Positions 26,453 through 37,570 of a stretch of DNA of 64,000 nucleotides are shown in pieces (position 1 is the first letter of the stretch; each line of letters begins with the position of its first letter). A model generated the notes under the pieces. It had not been told where the DNA came from. It saw only the letters and a program-made list of their open reading frames with translations, and ran no database searches. Made by a program: the position numbers and the translations under genes. Location of the stretch: the NCBI RefSeq assembly GCF_032191835.1, contig NC_083225.1:41044001-41108000 (forward strand). The letters are read 5' to 3'. The DNA comes from Heteronotia binoei. Lineage: Eukaryota.

Positions 26453-27351
26453 TTGCCCCCTTCCTGCACCTGCATAGCCAGCCAGCCTCACAGTCTGCAG
26501 GCTGCTTCTTCCTTGTAACGATGATCTGCATGGGAGCAGCCAGACCCTCATCTGTCCTCATCCTCTTTGCATGATCTGTCCTGCAAAAAGCTCACCATTT
26601 GCTCTGCTCCCTGTTCTGTTTCCTGAGCTGCTTAGAGGAGCTTGTCTACCACAGGAACAGGATTGTCATCTGGAAAATGAGCCCTACTGGAAGCAGTGGA
26701 AGAGGTGGGGTGAGGGGGAACTTCTCAATTATCTCATGCCCCAGAGAAGAATATGATGGAGGGTGCAGGGCTCACATTGGCATGCTAGAGAGGCAAAAAA
26801 GTTTTCAGGCTGTTGCTCAGAATGAGCATCACAGGAAAAAGATCAGTAGCTAAAAAGCAGTGGGAGTTCCAGGTAAGGCTGCCAACTGACCAATAAAGAG
26901 GGAACCTTTGACAAAATAGAGCAAACATTTATTGCTGGCTTGCTCCTGCAGTTTAAGCTGCTGTGAAATGGACAGGAAAAGTACCTAGTAAGAAAAAAAG
27001 TAGGCAACCTCTAGATCAGGGTGAGGACAATTGCTGGGGATTGTGGAGGAGGGTATTTGGTGGTGGATAATGGAAAGGGATGGATGCTGGATGGATCTGG
27101 GGGTGGGGGAATCAAAGGGAAGAAGTGAGGGAAGGGCTTTAAGGCTGCAGTCCTCCTTTGCATTTTTACATGCAAATAAACCCCATCACAGTTGCACTCT
27201 GAGCTAACAAGGAGCAATGCCTAGGAATAGGGAATATGCTTGGTTTTTTTTAAAAAACAAACAAACCCAGAAACCTGACATTCTGGGAGAGAAGGATGAG
27301 GTGTTCTTTCTCCTTTTGTGTGGTCCTTCCAGCTTTCTTTCTAACCAGGCC

Positions 27352-27633
27352 AGAAGGAAGGATATTCGATTTATACCCCAACCTACACTCTGAATCTCAG
27401 AGTCTCAGAGTGGCTTACAATGCCCTTTACCGCCCTCCCTGCCACCAACAGACAGACACCCTGTGAGGTAGGTGGGGCTGAAAGAGCTCTCCCAGAAGCT
27501 GCCCTTTCAAGGACAGCTCTGTGATAGCTATGATTGACCCAAGGCCATTCCAGCAGCTGCAAGTGGAGGAGTGGGGAATCAAACCCGGTTATCCCAGGTA
27601 AGAGTCTCCACACTTAACCACCTCACCAAATTG
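27352..27633 (-). mobile_element. Squam3-like SINE, long subfamily
   Basis: Reverse complement aligns end to end with the copies at 59335 and 61701. Confidence 0.88.
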
Positions 27634-27860
27634 AGAGAACTGGTGTCAGTTGGATTTCAATATCCAGGGTCTGGAGTTGCTTTCTAAAGTCAGTGCACAT
27701 GTGGGACTCTGATATCCTGCTGGAACGTGTTCTCTGTTCCAGAAAATATTATATTTTTATGGTAGGATTATGCTGCATTCACACAGCTGATCTTCAAGAT
27801 TTATTTAGTACTTGCATCAACTGAAAGCCATATCAGAAAACAAGAGTATATAATTGTTTT

Positions 27861-28119
27861 AAAAGGTAGTCCTCTGTGCAAGCACCAGTCGTTTGCAATT
27901 CTGGGGTGACGTCGCATCATGACATTTTCATGGCAGGCTTTTTATGGGGTGGTTTGCCATTGCCTTCTCCAGTCATCTACACTTTACCCCCAGCAAGCTG
28001 GGTACTAATTTTACCGACCTTGTAAGGATGGAAGGCTGAGTCAACCTTGAGCCGGCTACCTGAACCCAGCTTCCTCTGGGATTGAACTCAGGTCGTGAGC
28101 AGAGAGCTTGGACTGCAGT
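27861..28119 (-). mobile_element. Sauria SINE (Squam1), lacking its 5' end
   Basis: Diagnostic gctgggtactaattttaccgacctt..aggatggaaggctgagtcaacc and aaaggt tail. Confidence 0.85.
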
Positions 28120-28393
28120 TAGGGTGTGCATTTGGCATAAACCGAGCTGGAAAAAAAACCCCTTACCAGTATTTTTTGGGGTATTATTTAAGCCGAATAC
28201 AGATCAGAGAATCTGATCAGCTACCAGTATATTCAGCTATACCAAATGGGCAGTGGGAGCTGACAGCTCCATGTCGCCTTGGCTGGGTTCGGCTACTTTG
28301 CAGCTTGGTTTATATTGAGCTGTAAGGGGAGGCGGCTTCTGCCACTGCAGTTGATCCTCTCTTGTAGCTTGGTTTAAACTGATATTTTCCAGG

Positions 28394-28847
28394 TACATAA
28401 GAACATAAGAGAAGCCATGTTGGATCAGGCCAATGGCCCATCCAGTCCAACACTTTGTGTAACACAGTGGCAAAAATATATATATATATACACTGTGGCT
28501 AATAGCCACTGATGGACCTCTGCTCCATATTTTTATCTAACCCCCTCTTGAAGCTGTCTATGCTTGTAGCCACCACCACCTCCTGTGGCAGTGAATTCCA
28601 CATGTTAATCACCCTTTGGGTGAAGAAGTACTTCCTTTTATCCGTTTTAACCTGACTGCTCAGCAATTTCATCGAATGCCCACGAGTTCTTGTATGGTGA
28701 GAAAGGAAGAAAAGTACTTTGTTCTCTACTTTCTCCATCCCATGCATTATCTTGTAAACCTCTATCATGTCACCCTGCAGTCAACGTTTCTCCAAGCTAA
28801 AGAGCCCCAAACGTTTTAACCTTTCTTCATAGGGAAAGTGTTCCCTA
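28394..28847 (-). mobile_element. CR1 LINE 3' end
   Basis: ORF-track 28499..28768 = CR1 ORF2 C-terminus (MIEVYKIMHG...TRGHSMKL...KRKYFFTQRVINMWNSLPQEVV); (cttatgtt)n tail. Confidence 0.95.
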
Positions 28848-29139
28848 TGCAAATGCAGACCAGCCACTGGTATAGTGGAGCCCGAATAAAAGGTGGTCCT
28901 GGGGCCAGACTCTTTTACAGCATGGTTTAAATGACGCTGTAGGAGAAGTCCTCCCAGCCAGGTCTGTGTGCGGTAGTGTGTGAGAGAGAGACCTCAGTCT
29001 CACACACACATCCTGGGGCCAGCTTCTTCCGTGGCACAGTTTTTAAACAGCATTTGCAGAAGAAGCCCTCCCAGTCAGATCTGTGTGTGATAGTGAGAGA
29101 TCCAGACTCTCAGAGGTCCAGGCCCTTACTGAATTGTTA

Positions 29140-29464
29140 CCTTTTTGTAACACCTGTAAGACAGAGCTATTCCACCAGACGTTTCGTTGAGGCAGCGAGT
29201 GTCCTATCTGCTGATCCTATGCTGCGATACCACCTCTGCTGAAATACGGATTTTATACTATTTGTTATTTTTTTATTTTTTATTTTTATTTATACTATCT
29301 GATGTTCAGTATATTATGATGTGCCCAACTGAGCTGCCAAATTGTATTGTTTACTTTTATTGGTTTTTAATGGTTGTTTTACTGTTTTAAAATGTTGTTA
29401 TTCTCCCTGAGCCCATCTGGGAAAGGGCGGAATATAAATTATCTAAATAAAATAAATAAATAAA
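29140..29464 (+). mobile_element. L2-like LINE 3' end
   Basis: gtaagacagagctattccaccag..gttt.gttgaggc ORF end, gggaaagggcggaatataaat, (aaat)n tail. Confidence 0.75.
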
Positions 29465-29536
29465 GAGGGAGAGAGAGATCCCAGCTGCATGCAAATCCTG
29501 GGGCCTGCTTCTCTCACAAGGCAATTTAAACTGCAC

Positions 29537-29728
29537 CAGTGTTCCCTCTAAGCTGTTAGTGTGAGCTAGCTCATAGTTTTTCAACCTCCGGCTCACGTAT
29601 TTTTGTCTTAGCTCAAGAAAAATGGCCCAAGAGCAAACTAATTTATGCAGCAGCTCACAGCTTTAATGTCAGTACCTCACAAAGCAGAATTCTTTCTCAC
29701 AGGACTCCACAGCTTAGAGGGATCATTG
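29537..29728 (+). mobile_element. hAT MITE (CAGTGTTCCCTCTAAGCTG family)
   Basis: TIRs present; TSD AACTGCAC / AACTGAAC (7/8). Confidence 0.88.
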
Positions 29729-30846
29729 AACTGAACCACAGGAAAAGTCCTCCCAGCTGGATTTGCATGCAGTGGGGGGGGAGAGAGAGAGAGACCTTCC
29801 GCCACACATAGATCTTGGCGTCACCTTCTCCTGCAGCAAGGTTTAAACTGTGCTGCAGGAGAAGCCAACCCAGCCCCAGAGTTGGGCTGGTTTAAAAAAA
29901 AAAAAAATCGATATTTTCCTTCTTGGGCCCATTGGACCTGAAAAAATTCGACTTCTCTGAAAAATTCTGGATCTGAATACTATACCAGAATTGGGATCTG
30001 GGATTTTTTTGGAAATACAGAATTTTTTTCTGGTCCAATAGACCCGAAAAATACTTGAAAAATGCTAGGTTTTTTGCACACCCCTATATATAATAGAGTG
30101 ACTTTTTGTGCTAAGGTGGTAAGTTTGTATCTTGGTTGGATTTACTTTAGTCTCCCTTTAAATGTAGGCTTCAGTCCAAAGACCTTTGAATGGAATGGAG
30201 TTTACAGAACAGGTCGTTGCTGACTTCTTTATTCTGTTTAAGCCATCTATACCCTGCAGTCATTCCTTAGGACTCTGGACTCTTTCCAATAGAATAGGAT
30301 GTGGTAGTGGGAGTGGGACCCTGCAATAGGAAGTGGGGAATTTATAGAAACTGCTTTTCCTCACTGTGCAAGCTGCTGGCATATTCTTCCAGTTCCTGCT
30401 GCAGCTCTAGCTCTATGGTATTTCCAACATTTCCACACTCTGAAGTATTCTTTTTTATGTATAGGAGCATTCGGTTAAGTGAGCCCCATCTATGGTTTGA
30501 AGAAAATCCAACAAAATGTACCTTAGGATCAGATGGTTAATTATATCCTGTCAAGTCTCCTATTGTATCCAAGACTGTTCTCCAAAATTGTTTTATAACT
30601 TAGTGTTGCCAGAAAACATGCAGCATATCTGTGCCCAAATTCCAGAGCTGGGTTGTAAAATACTTTCAAGATTAAGCACCGTAAGGCGTTTTAAAATATG
30701 AGGCACCAAACTTGCATAGCATCCAAAGAGTAGATGTATTTTGTTTCAGGATTTGGTAGTCTTAAAACATAAAAAAGATGTTAATCATGTATCTTATGAG
30801 GAATTATGCTTGGCTCTGTTGGGAATTGCTTGGTTTTTTCCAATCC

Positions 30847-30990
30847 CAGGGCTTTTTTCCCTGTGGGAATGAGTTCCGGAACCTCTTTGTGGAAACAAAA
30901 CTCTCAAAAAATGTTTAAAAGTTCATGGGCGCCCTTGTGTTTCTCCTTCATTTCTGTCTTGAGATCTCTTTTTCCAGAAAAAAAGTCCTG
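30847..30990. mobile_element. hAT MITE (CAGGGCTTTTTT family)
   Basis: TIRs CAGGGCTTTTTT / AAAAAAGTCCTG; TSD TCCAATCC / TCCACTCC (7/8). Confidence 0.8.
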
Positions 30991-32644
30991 TCCACTCCTA
31001 TTTCACTCCTGTTTTTCTATTGGGGGGGAAAGACTGTTGATAACAAATTATTATGCCGGTGATAAAAGATTTAATTTGTTTCCATCTTGGCTGGAAGGGA
31101 AGGGATTTCATGGCAAAGATGTTGTAGAAGTGGGAGCCGAGCAGTCAGATTTTCCTTCTCTACCATGTTGGTCATGACATTGCATAGCTTCCAGATTTTG
31201 TTCTCCTATTTGGAGTAATGTTAAGGAAAAACATCTTACTGATGACTGAAGTTAGTGCATCTAATGCACCTTTGCATTTTTCTAATGAATGTGCTAGACA
31301 GCTGCCATTGCAGTTATGAAGCCTGCATTAATGAATGTGTAATTGTACTATTGTAAAGGCACAGTTAAGTTTTTTTCCCACTAGAAAAAAAATGTGAAGC
31401 AGTTTCCATTGCAGAGAATAAAGCCTATTAGGACATGTCATTTGGATAATAAAGTCATCACTGTGACCTCATGTGGATACTGTAGACAAGAGGTTCTACA
31501 TCTGGCCCCTTGATAATTGCCTAAATTAAAATCTAAAAGCCTAACAGCCGTTGGGTTGACCTCTTTCTGCCTTGCTGCAGACAGATGAGCTGTTTTATTA
31601 CAAGGGTTTTTTTCCCCTCCCAGGTGAAGATTGAAGGGAAATTTCTTAGCCCTTTTCCCCCTATGCTACAACTCCCAAGCATAGTATGTTATATTATCTG
31701 CCTTTGGTTTTTCTCCTCCAGACCCCCAAAATGTTAGTGCTTTTGAATTATTTTGTTAGTGTTGTGAGTGGTGTGGTTTCCAAATTTTCAAAAGCAACAG
31801 TCTCAACCAATATTTATTTCTGAATTAGTCACTGAAAAAAAAAATGTATATGGATAACCTCAGCTTTGCTGTGGCAGAAATCACACCAACAGATCAAAAT
31901 GGATATCAGCAATAATATTAAGTTTTGTTGGCCAACGGCTATTGGGTTCTTCAAAATAAATATATGAGTGTGTACCCCACCCCAACGTTGCAGAGTCAGA
32001 AATTTAATTGTGGCTATATCGTTATAAAACAGAGTCATGGAAAAAGCTGTGTAAACATTCAAACCTCAAGAGAATGGCATCATGAGAAGAAAAATATGCC
32101 CCAGATGAGGGTGAAGTACAAAAGGAAAGTGTCTCAGACATAAAAGCTAGCAGATCAGTACTCCTATAGGGCTGATAAGCAAAACTCTTTGGCTCCTGCT
32201 GAACATGCTTCAGTTGTATCCCTACTGGAGCCCTTGGATATTGGGTACAGTGGGGCACAGGGGGTACAATTACGCAGTGAGGACATTTTTGATGCCAGAT
32301 ATAATTATGTGCATTTTGTGACAGTGATTTAATCAGGGTTTGTCCACACTGAGAGTTCTAGATTTGCGAACTGCAAAATACAAACCATTGAGAGCATCTG
32401 TGTAAGATTGGTTGTAATTCATTTATTTAAGACATTTATAGTCTGAGGTTCTTGAGATGTTTTACAAAAATAAATACAGTAGTAAAATTAACTCAAGTAT
32501 AACAGCAGTGATGAAATTTCCTATTTTAAACAGTGGACCTAGGAATGCACAGTAATTAATTGGGTTCAGTTTACTGATGCAACTTGTTCCCTCCAAAAAG
32601 TCTTTTTACTGTTGGTAAAACTGTCTTCTTTCATTCTTTAAAAG

Positions 32645-32713
32645 GTCCGTGTTGACAGTGGCATACAACAAGGAAGTGAAATCAGCATTTACTATGATCC
32701 CATGATTTCAAAA
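32645..32713 (+). CDS. PCCA: PCCA exon 15, 69 nt: [23 protein letters not shown]
   Basis: taaaag|G acceptor, AAA|gtaagg donor; RVDSG and YYDPMISK motifs. Confidence 0.97.
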
Positions 32714-32879
32714 GTAAGGTTTGGGGGATTTTAAACCCCCTCCATTAAATATACATTTTAGCTTAATTTAAAAAACCTGTACATGAAGAAGCATAGAAAG
32801 ATTATTTTTAGTGTTATGTTATTGGAGTTTCTCTTTATTAGTTAATTCTGTAACATTTAGGTACAATGTACATGACATG

Positions 32880-33050
32880 CAGGGGTGGAATTGTAGCAGG
32901 AGCTCCTTTGCATATTAGCCCACACACCCCTGATATAGCCAATCCTCCAAGAGTTTACAAGGCTCTTTTTTGTAAGTTCTTGGACGATTGGCTACATCGG
33001 GGGTGTGTGGCCTAATATGCAAAGGAGCTCCTGCTACAATTCCATCCCTG
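32880..33050. mobile_element. Palindromic hAT MITE (octamer/CCAAT family)
   Basis: Whole element is an inverted repeat starting CAGGGGTGGAATT. Confidence 0.9.
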
Positions 33051-33514
33051 CATGTCATGCTTCTAGAGCAAAATGGTTTCATATGCAAAGTAACTTATTA
33101 GCTTAATAATAAGGCTAGTTTATAGTGTCATATTTCATAATTTAGAATGTAATTGGACACATGGTAGAACATGGCGATTGTATGGCATCTTGTATGGCTC
33201 ATCAAAAGGGGCCTAGATATCACTAAATATTTAGGGCTTTAAGTTTTGAGAATTATATGGTTGGTGATGGGGGACTGAATAGAAGAAAGCTTGTTTATTG
33301 GAAAGTATCTAGTCATCCTTTCCATGAGCCTTCCTCCAACTTAAGTGGCTCTTCCTCCAATGGAGGCTGGAGGAAGGCTTCCAACTGGAGTGGTAGGATA
33401 GGAGTAGGATCCCTGTTACGTCATCTGCTGAAATGATAGCTTGAATTAATCTTTGGAAATCTTGGAAGGGATTAATCTTTGGTGTTGAATATAATTTATA
33501 GATTTTTGTTTCAG

Positions 33515-33590
33515 CTGATCACCTATGAATCCAGTAGAGCTGAAGCTCTGAAACGAATGGAAGAGGCGCTGGACAATTATGTAATAAGAG
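33515..33590 (+). CDS. PCCA: PCCA exon 16, 76 nt: [25 protein letters not shown](G)
   Basis: tttcag|C acceptor, GAG|gtaatt donor; matches human [26 protein letters not shown]. Confidence 0.97.
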
Positions 33591-33807
33591 GTAATTATAA
33601 GAAATGTGGTTTGCTGATGCAGTAGTGGAGAAAATAGCTTTAAAATGTAATATTTTCAATTCAGGGAAACATGTAAAATTAAGAGATATTGTTTTGTGCA
33701 GCACACTCACCTGGATACAATGAATAGTCTCTCAATTGGAACAAAATGACAATAGAACCCTCATTTCTCTTACAAAGTAAAAGCTATATTGTTAACTGTG
33801 TTGCTTC

Positions 33808-33988
33808 TCAGCTGAGTTAGTGTGAGCTAGCTCACAATTTTTTAGCCTCCGGCTCACACATTTTTGTCTTAGCTCAGGAAAAATGGCCCCAGAGCAAACT
33901 AATTTATGCAGCAGCTCGCAACTTTAATGGCAGTACCTCACGAAGTACAATTTTTGCTCACAGGACTTTACAGTTTAGAGGGAGTATT
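33808..33988 (+). mobile_element. hAT MITE (CAGTGTTCCCTCTAAGCTG family), left end eroded
   Basis: Aligns with 29537-29728. Confidence 0.8.
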
Positions 33989-34412
33989 GATTTTTAAATG
34001 TGCAGCTCCATAGCATTAAATATTTGTAACCAAATATTTGAAAGATTAGCTCAGCTAGCAGAAATGTACCTCCTTTTCTCTTCCACTGGATTCTGTTCCC
34101 CTGATCTAAAATCCTCTAAAGCTTTCTGGCATTTTCATTCCTTTCTGGACAGCTATATACAGTTTTTCCTGTCTTTGAGTATTTGCTATAACAGTTTTTT
34201 TCCCTAGATGCTTTTTAGAAATGTTGCTGATCCTTTTTTCCAAGTTAAATTCTTTTGTATTATTTAAATATAAGGAAAACTGCAGTTTGTGTAATGTGTG
34301 TGCCAATGTATGGGAGGGATATTTTCTCATAAAAATGTTTGAAGAATACAGGCATGATATGACAAACTGCAGGGCCCATGCTCCAGGGCAGTCACTTGTA
34401 AATGATAGTAAT

Positions 34413-34592
34413 CAGGGCTTTTTTTGTAGCAGGAACTCCTTTGCATGTTAGGCTGCAGCCCCCTGATATAGCCAATCCTCCAAGAGCTTACAGAAGACCC
34501 TGTACTGAGAACCCTGTAAGCTCTTGGAGGATTGGCTACATCAAGGTGTGTGGCCTAATATGCAAAGGAGTTCCTGCTACAAAAAAGCCCTG
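34413..34592. mobile_element. Palindromic hAT MITE (octamer/CCAAT family)
   Basis: TIRs CAGGGCTTTTTT / AAAAAAGCCCTG; perfect TSD ATAGTAAT. Confidence 0.92.
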
Positions 34593-36052
34593 ATAGTAAT
34601 ATCTGTGGGTGCTTGCTGAAAGTCACCTAGCTCCTCTACAGAGTACTAATCTAGAGTTATATTTTCTTCTCCAAATTTTTCTTGATACACATTTATTAGT
34701 TGTATACTAGTGGTAAAGATGGTGTTTTCATAAAATTTAGCAGCACAGTTATTTCATTTTTTCTTTTTCTCCCAAAATAAGTTTTCTGCTTTTGAGTCTA
34801 CTTTTATCCATTAGAGATGGCTGTGTAATTCCAACACGGCAGGATTTCCAGTTGCTTGATGTCTTTTCACCTAACCCCCATTGCTAAACCTCGATAAATC
34901 AGTGCATTAAAAGAGAGAAATGTAGAAAGTTTTTTTTTCTGCTGCTCCACTGCTTATATGACCTTTTCTTCACAGAAAGTAGTAACTTGAGAGCTTCAGC
35001 ATATGTGTGTCTCTGTAGAAATCCATCCAGCTGCTGAAAAACCTTGAGACATAGTGGAATTACAACTCTCTTCCTTGTTGCTCTTCTAAAAGTAGCTCTT
35101 TACTATTTGCTTAGTTCTTAACATATTTTTTTTAGAGTCTGCAATAAACATGAGGTTTAATAGGATTGTTGGTTCTTCTGTATCTTTGATAACATAGCCC
35201 TAAGGGTTAAGCTTTGTATGAGAACTGCTGTGTTGTGCTTGGCCAGTGACAAGAACTATAAAAATAATATCCATCTTTATACTGTGTGCCAGTATAAAAC
35301 ATACACTTGCCTTGATATTTGCACATAGAAGCTGAGTTAGTGGATGCGGAAATTTGATTCAACTGGGACTGCAATAAATTACTTTAGGACAAAAATGGAG
35401 CTGAAATATAAAACTACAGACTAAGAATAGAATCTACTTCTATTTTTTACTTTTCTAAAAAAATGCTTATCATGTGATTTAAAAATCGAACTGTGATTTG
35501 ATATTGTGGTGGAACTCTGACCCCTTCTCATATTAGATAACCAAAACATTTCAATAATAAGAAGAACCAGAGCTCAGTACTTATTTCTATAAGGGATTGA
35601 TTTGCCAGTTTTGGAGGGAATAAGATTGTTGTTAGACGATCATGCTCTAAGGGATTAGTAGTGATCTTGGACCTAGCCTTGTTGATGGGAAGACAACTTG
35701 GTACAGTTGCTGCCATATTCTGTTTTTGCTTAGTAAAAAGTAACCTTTCCTCCTGAACATGGCAGACCTGGTCTACCATCACTAATCCACGCTTCTGTCA
35801 CCTGTCACTTGCTTGTTTTATCTGAGGCTACCCTTGAAGCTTTAATTATTGCAAAATGTGGCTGCCTGTCATTTGACTGGGATTAGTCAGGATGCTTATA
35901 TTTCCATTTTTTAAAAAGCTTGACTAGTTCCTTATTTATGGTTTTGGGTTCAAGGGCCGTTTCTTACCTTTAAAGCCTTTCCTGGCATGGTACTTAAGAT
36001 ACCTGAAAGATTTCCTAGTCTTATATGGACCTGCACATTAGTTGTGCTTTTT

Positions 36053-36204
36053 TTATTAGGGTTTGTAGAATCTTTCGGGCTCAAGTGCCGTGTTCTACTG
36101 GAGAAAGTTTTCCTTCCAGACGTTTCGTTCTCAGCTGCGGAGAACATCCTTAGTGGCGTTGCAGCCGGAGCAGGCGCTCTGACCTTCTTGGCTGCTGTGC
36201 ATTG
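36053..36204 (-). mobile_element. Penelope-like element terminal-repeat fragment
   Basis: 13-bp direct flank repeat AGTTGTGCTTTTT (36040-36052, 36205-36217); carries a hammerhead-ribozyme motif. Confidence 0.72.
36116..36156 (-). ncRNA. Minimal type I hammerhead ribozyme motif, probably inactive (G5>A)
   Basis: Minus strand reads CCA-CUAAGGA-U-GUUCUC-cgcagcu-GAGAAC-GAAA-CG-UC-UGG: stem I CCA/UGG, 6-bp stem II, palindromic ACGU stem III, GUC cleavage triplet. Confidence 0.72.
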
Positions 36205-36541
36205 AGTTGTGCTTTTTGTTTGCTTGTTGTGCCTTGTGTGAGTGAATTTCCACTGGCAGTTCTTATGCCTTTATAAAAACCATTGCTCCAGTTTAGTAGT
36301 ATAGTTTTCTGGAAGCAGCATAAAAATACTTAATCTCCTGGCACTGGAAGACTGTACTGTTGCAAGGAGTTTCTCTTGAAAGCTAAAAGATAACATTTTT
36401 TGGTTTTGCAGTTGGGCAGTGAGCTGTTTCAGTGTTGCTGGCATATTTTATTGTATCCAGTTTTTTAAATAGAACACAAATATAAGTTTGAGCTTCCCGG
36501 AAAGACAGAATGTGTTTAAAAATCATTATCAATAGGAACTA

Positions 36542-36747
36542 TGATGAAAAGTGCTGCCAAATTGCAGCCAATCTTTAACAACCCCATAGGGTTTTCAAGG
36601 CAGTGAAACAATTATAGTTTGCCGTTGCCTGCCTCTGTAAAGGAACTCCAGACTTCCTTGGTGATCTCCCATCCAAGTACTAACCAAGGCCAGTCCTGCT
36701 TAGCTTCTGAGATCTGATGAAATCAGACTAGCCCGTGTCATCCAAGT
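36542..36747 (-). mobile_element. 5S rRNA-derived SINE
   Basis: ctcccatccaagtactaaccaaggccagtcctgcttagcttctgagatctgatg is reverse-complement 5S rRNA; tail matches the 14198 copy. Confidence 0.85.
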
Positions 36748-36949
36748 CAGGGCAGTATGTTTGAGGGATTGGATCCACTTTCAGTAGGCAGAGTGGAGTT
36801 GGCATTTGCAGAGCAGGTTAGGAGCTTGGGGGTGGCCCGTGGATCCAGTCTTGCAGTTTGGAAAACAGGCTGGGGTAGTGGCCTAGAGTGCCTTCTATCA
36901 TCTGCAACTGGCTCTCCAACTCTCACCTTTTGTAATCTCAGCTGACCTG

Positions 36950-37570
36950 GCCATGCTAATCCATGCACTTGCTGTTGGACTACTATAATGCACTCTATGT
37001 TGGGCTGCTCTTGAAGGTAACCCAACAATTTCAGCTGGCTCAGAATGCAGCTCCCTGATTACTATCAGTGGCTAGTTCATGGGAACTAGTCACTGATAGT
37101 CATATTTTGACTACCTTAAAACAGGTACATTGGCTGCTGATTTGTTTCATTTGAAGCTACTTGAAGTTATGATGTTGAAACTTGAAGTTACAACCTTGAA
37201 AGACCTTCATGTCATAAGGTTCACTTAGCTAAAGTACCATCTCCTCCCATATATTCCCATGCACCTACTGCAGCCTTCAGGCTCCGTGTACTGGAGCAGG
37301 TCTCTCACATAAGGTAGTTTGCCTGAGAACAGTCAAAGCTTGTGCCTTCCCCATAGTCACTCACACTATGGAGTGAGAACCCTGAGGAGATGAGGGGTCA
37401 CCATCTTTAGACATTTTAGGAGGTGCTCCAAGAGTATTATATTTGTGAGCTTTTAATGAAATATAACTGCAAGTCTTTCTTGGAGTTATTTCAGAGTTTT
37501 AAAATTTTAATATTTTATATTGATTTGTAAGCTGCCTTAAACCATGAGCAAAGGCATGATTATAAATATT
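36950..37570 (+). mobile_element. Decayed L2 LINE ORF2 C-terminus and 3' tail
   Basis: Translates to LDYYNALYVGLLLKVTQQFQLAQNAA (L2 RLDYCNALYxGLP..LQLVQNAAAR motif), later ..HWL.. Confidence 0.8.

Larger units (their letters stand above)
28120..30086. mobile_element. ~2-kb non-autonomous hAT-type element hosting nested insertions
   Basis: TIRs TAGGGTGTGCA / TGCACACCCCTA; candidate TSD TATATAAT at 27847-27854 and 30087-30094. Confidence 0.6.

Noticed and set aside
29175-29188. CCAGACGTTTCGTT identical to part of the hammerhead at 36116
   Set aside because: It lies in the L2 ORF-end motif and has no CUGANGA or stem II; a chance match
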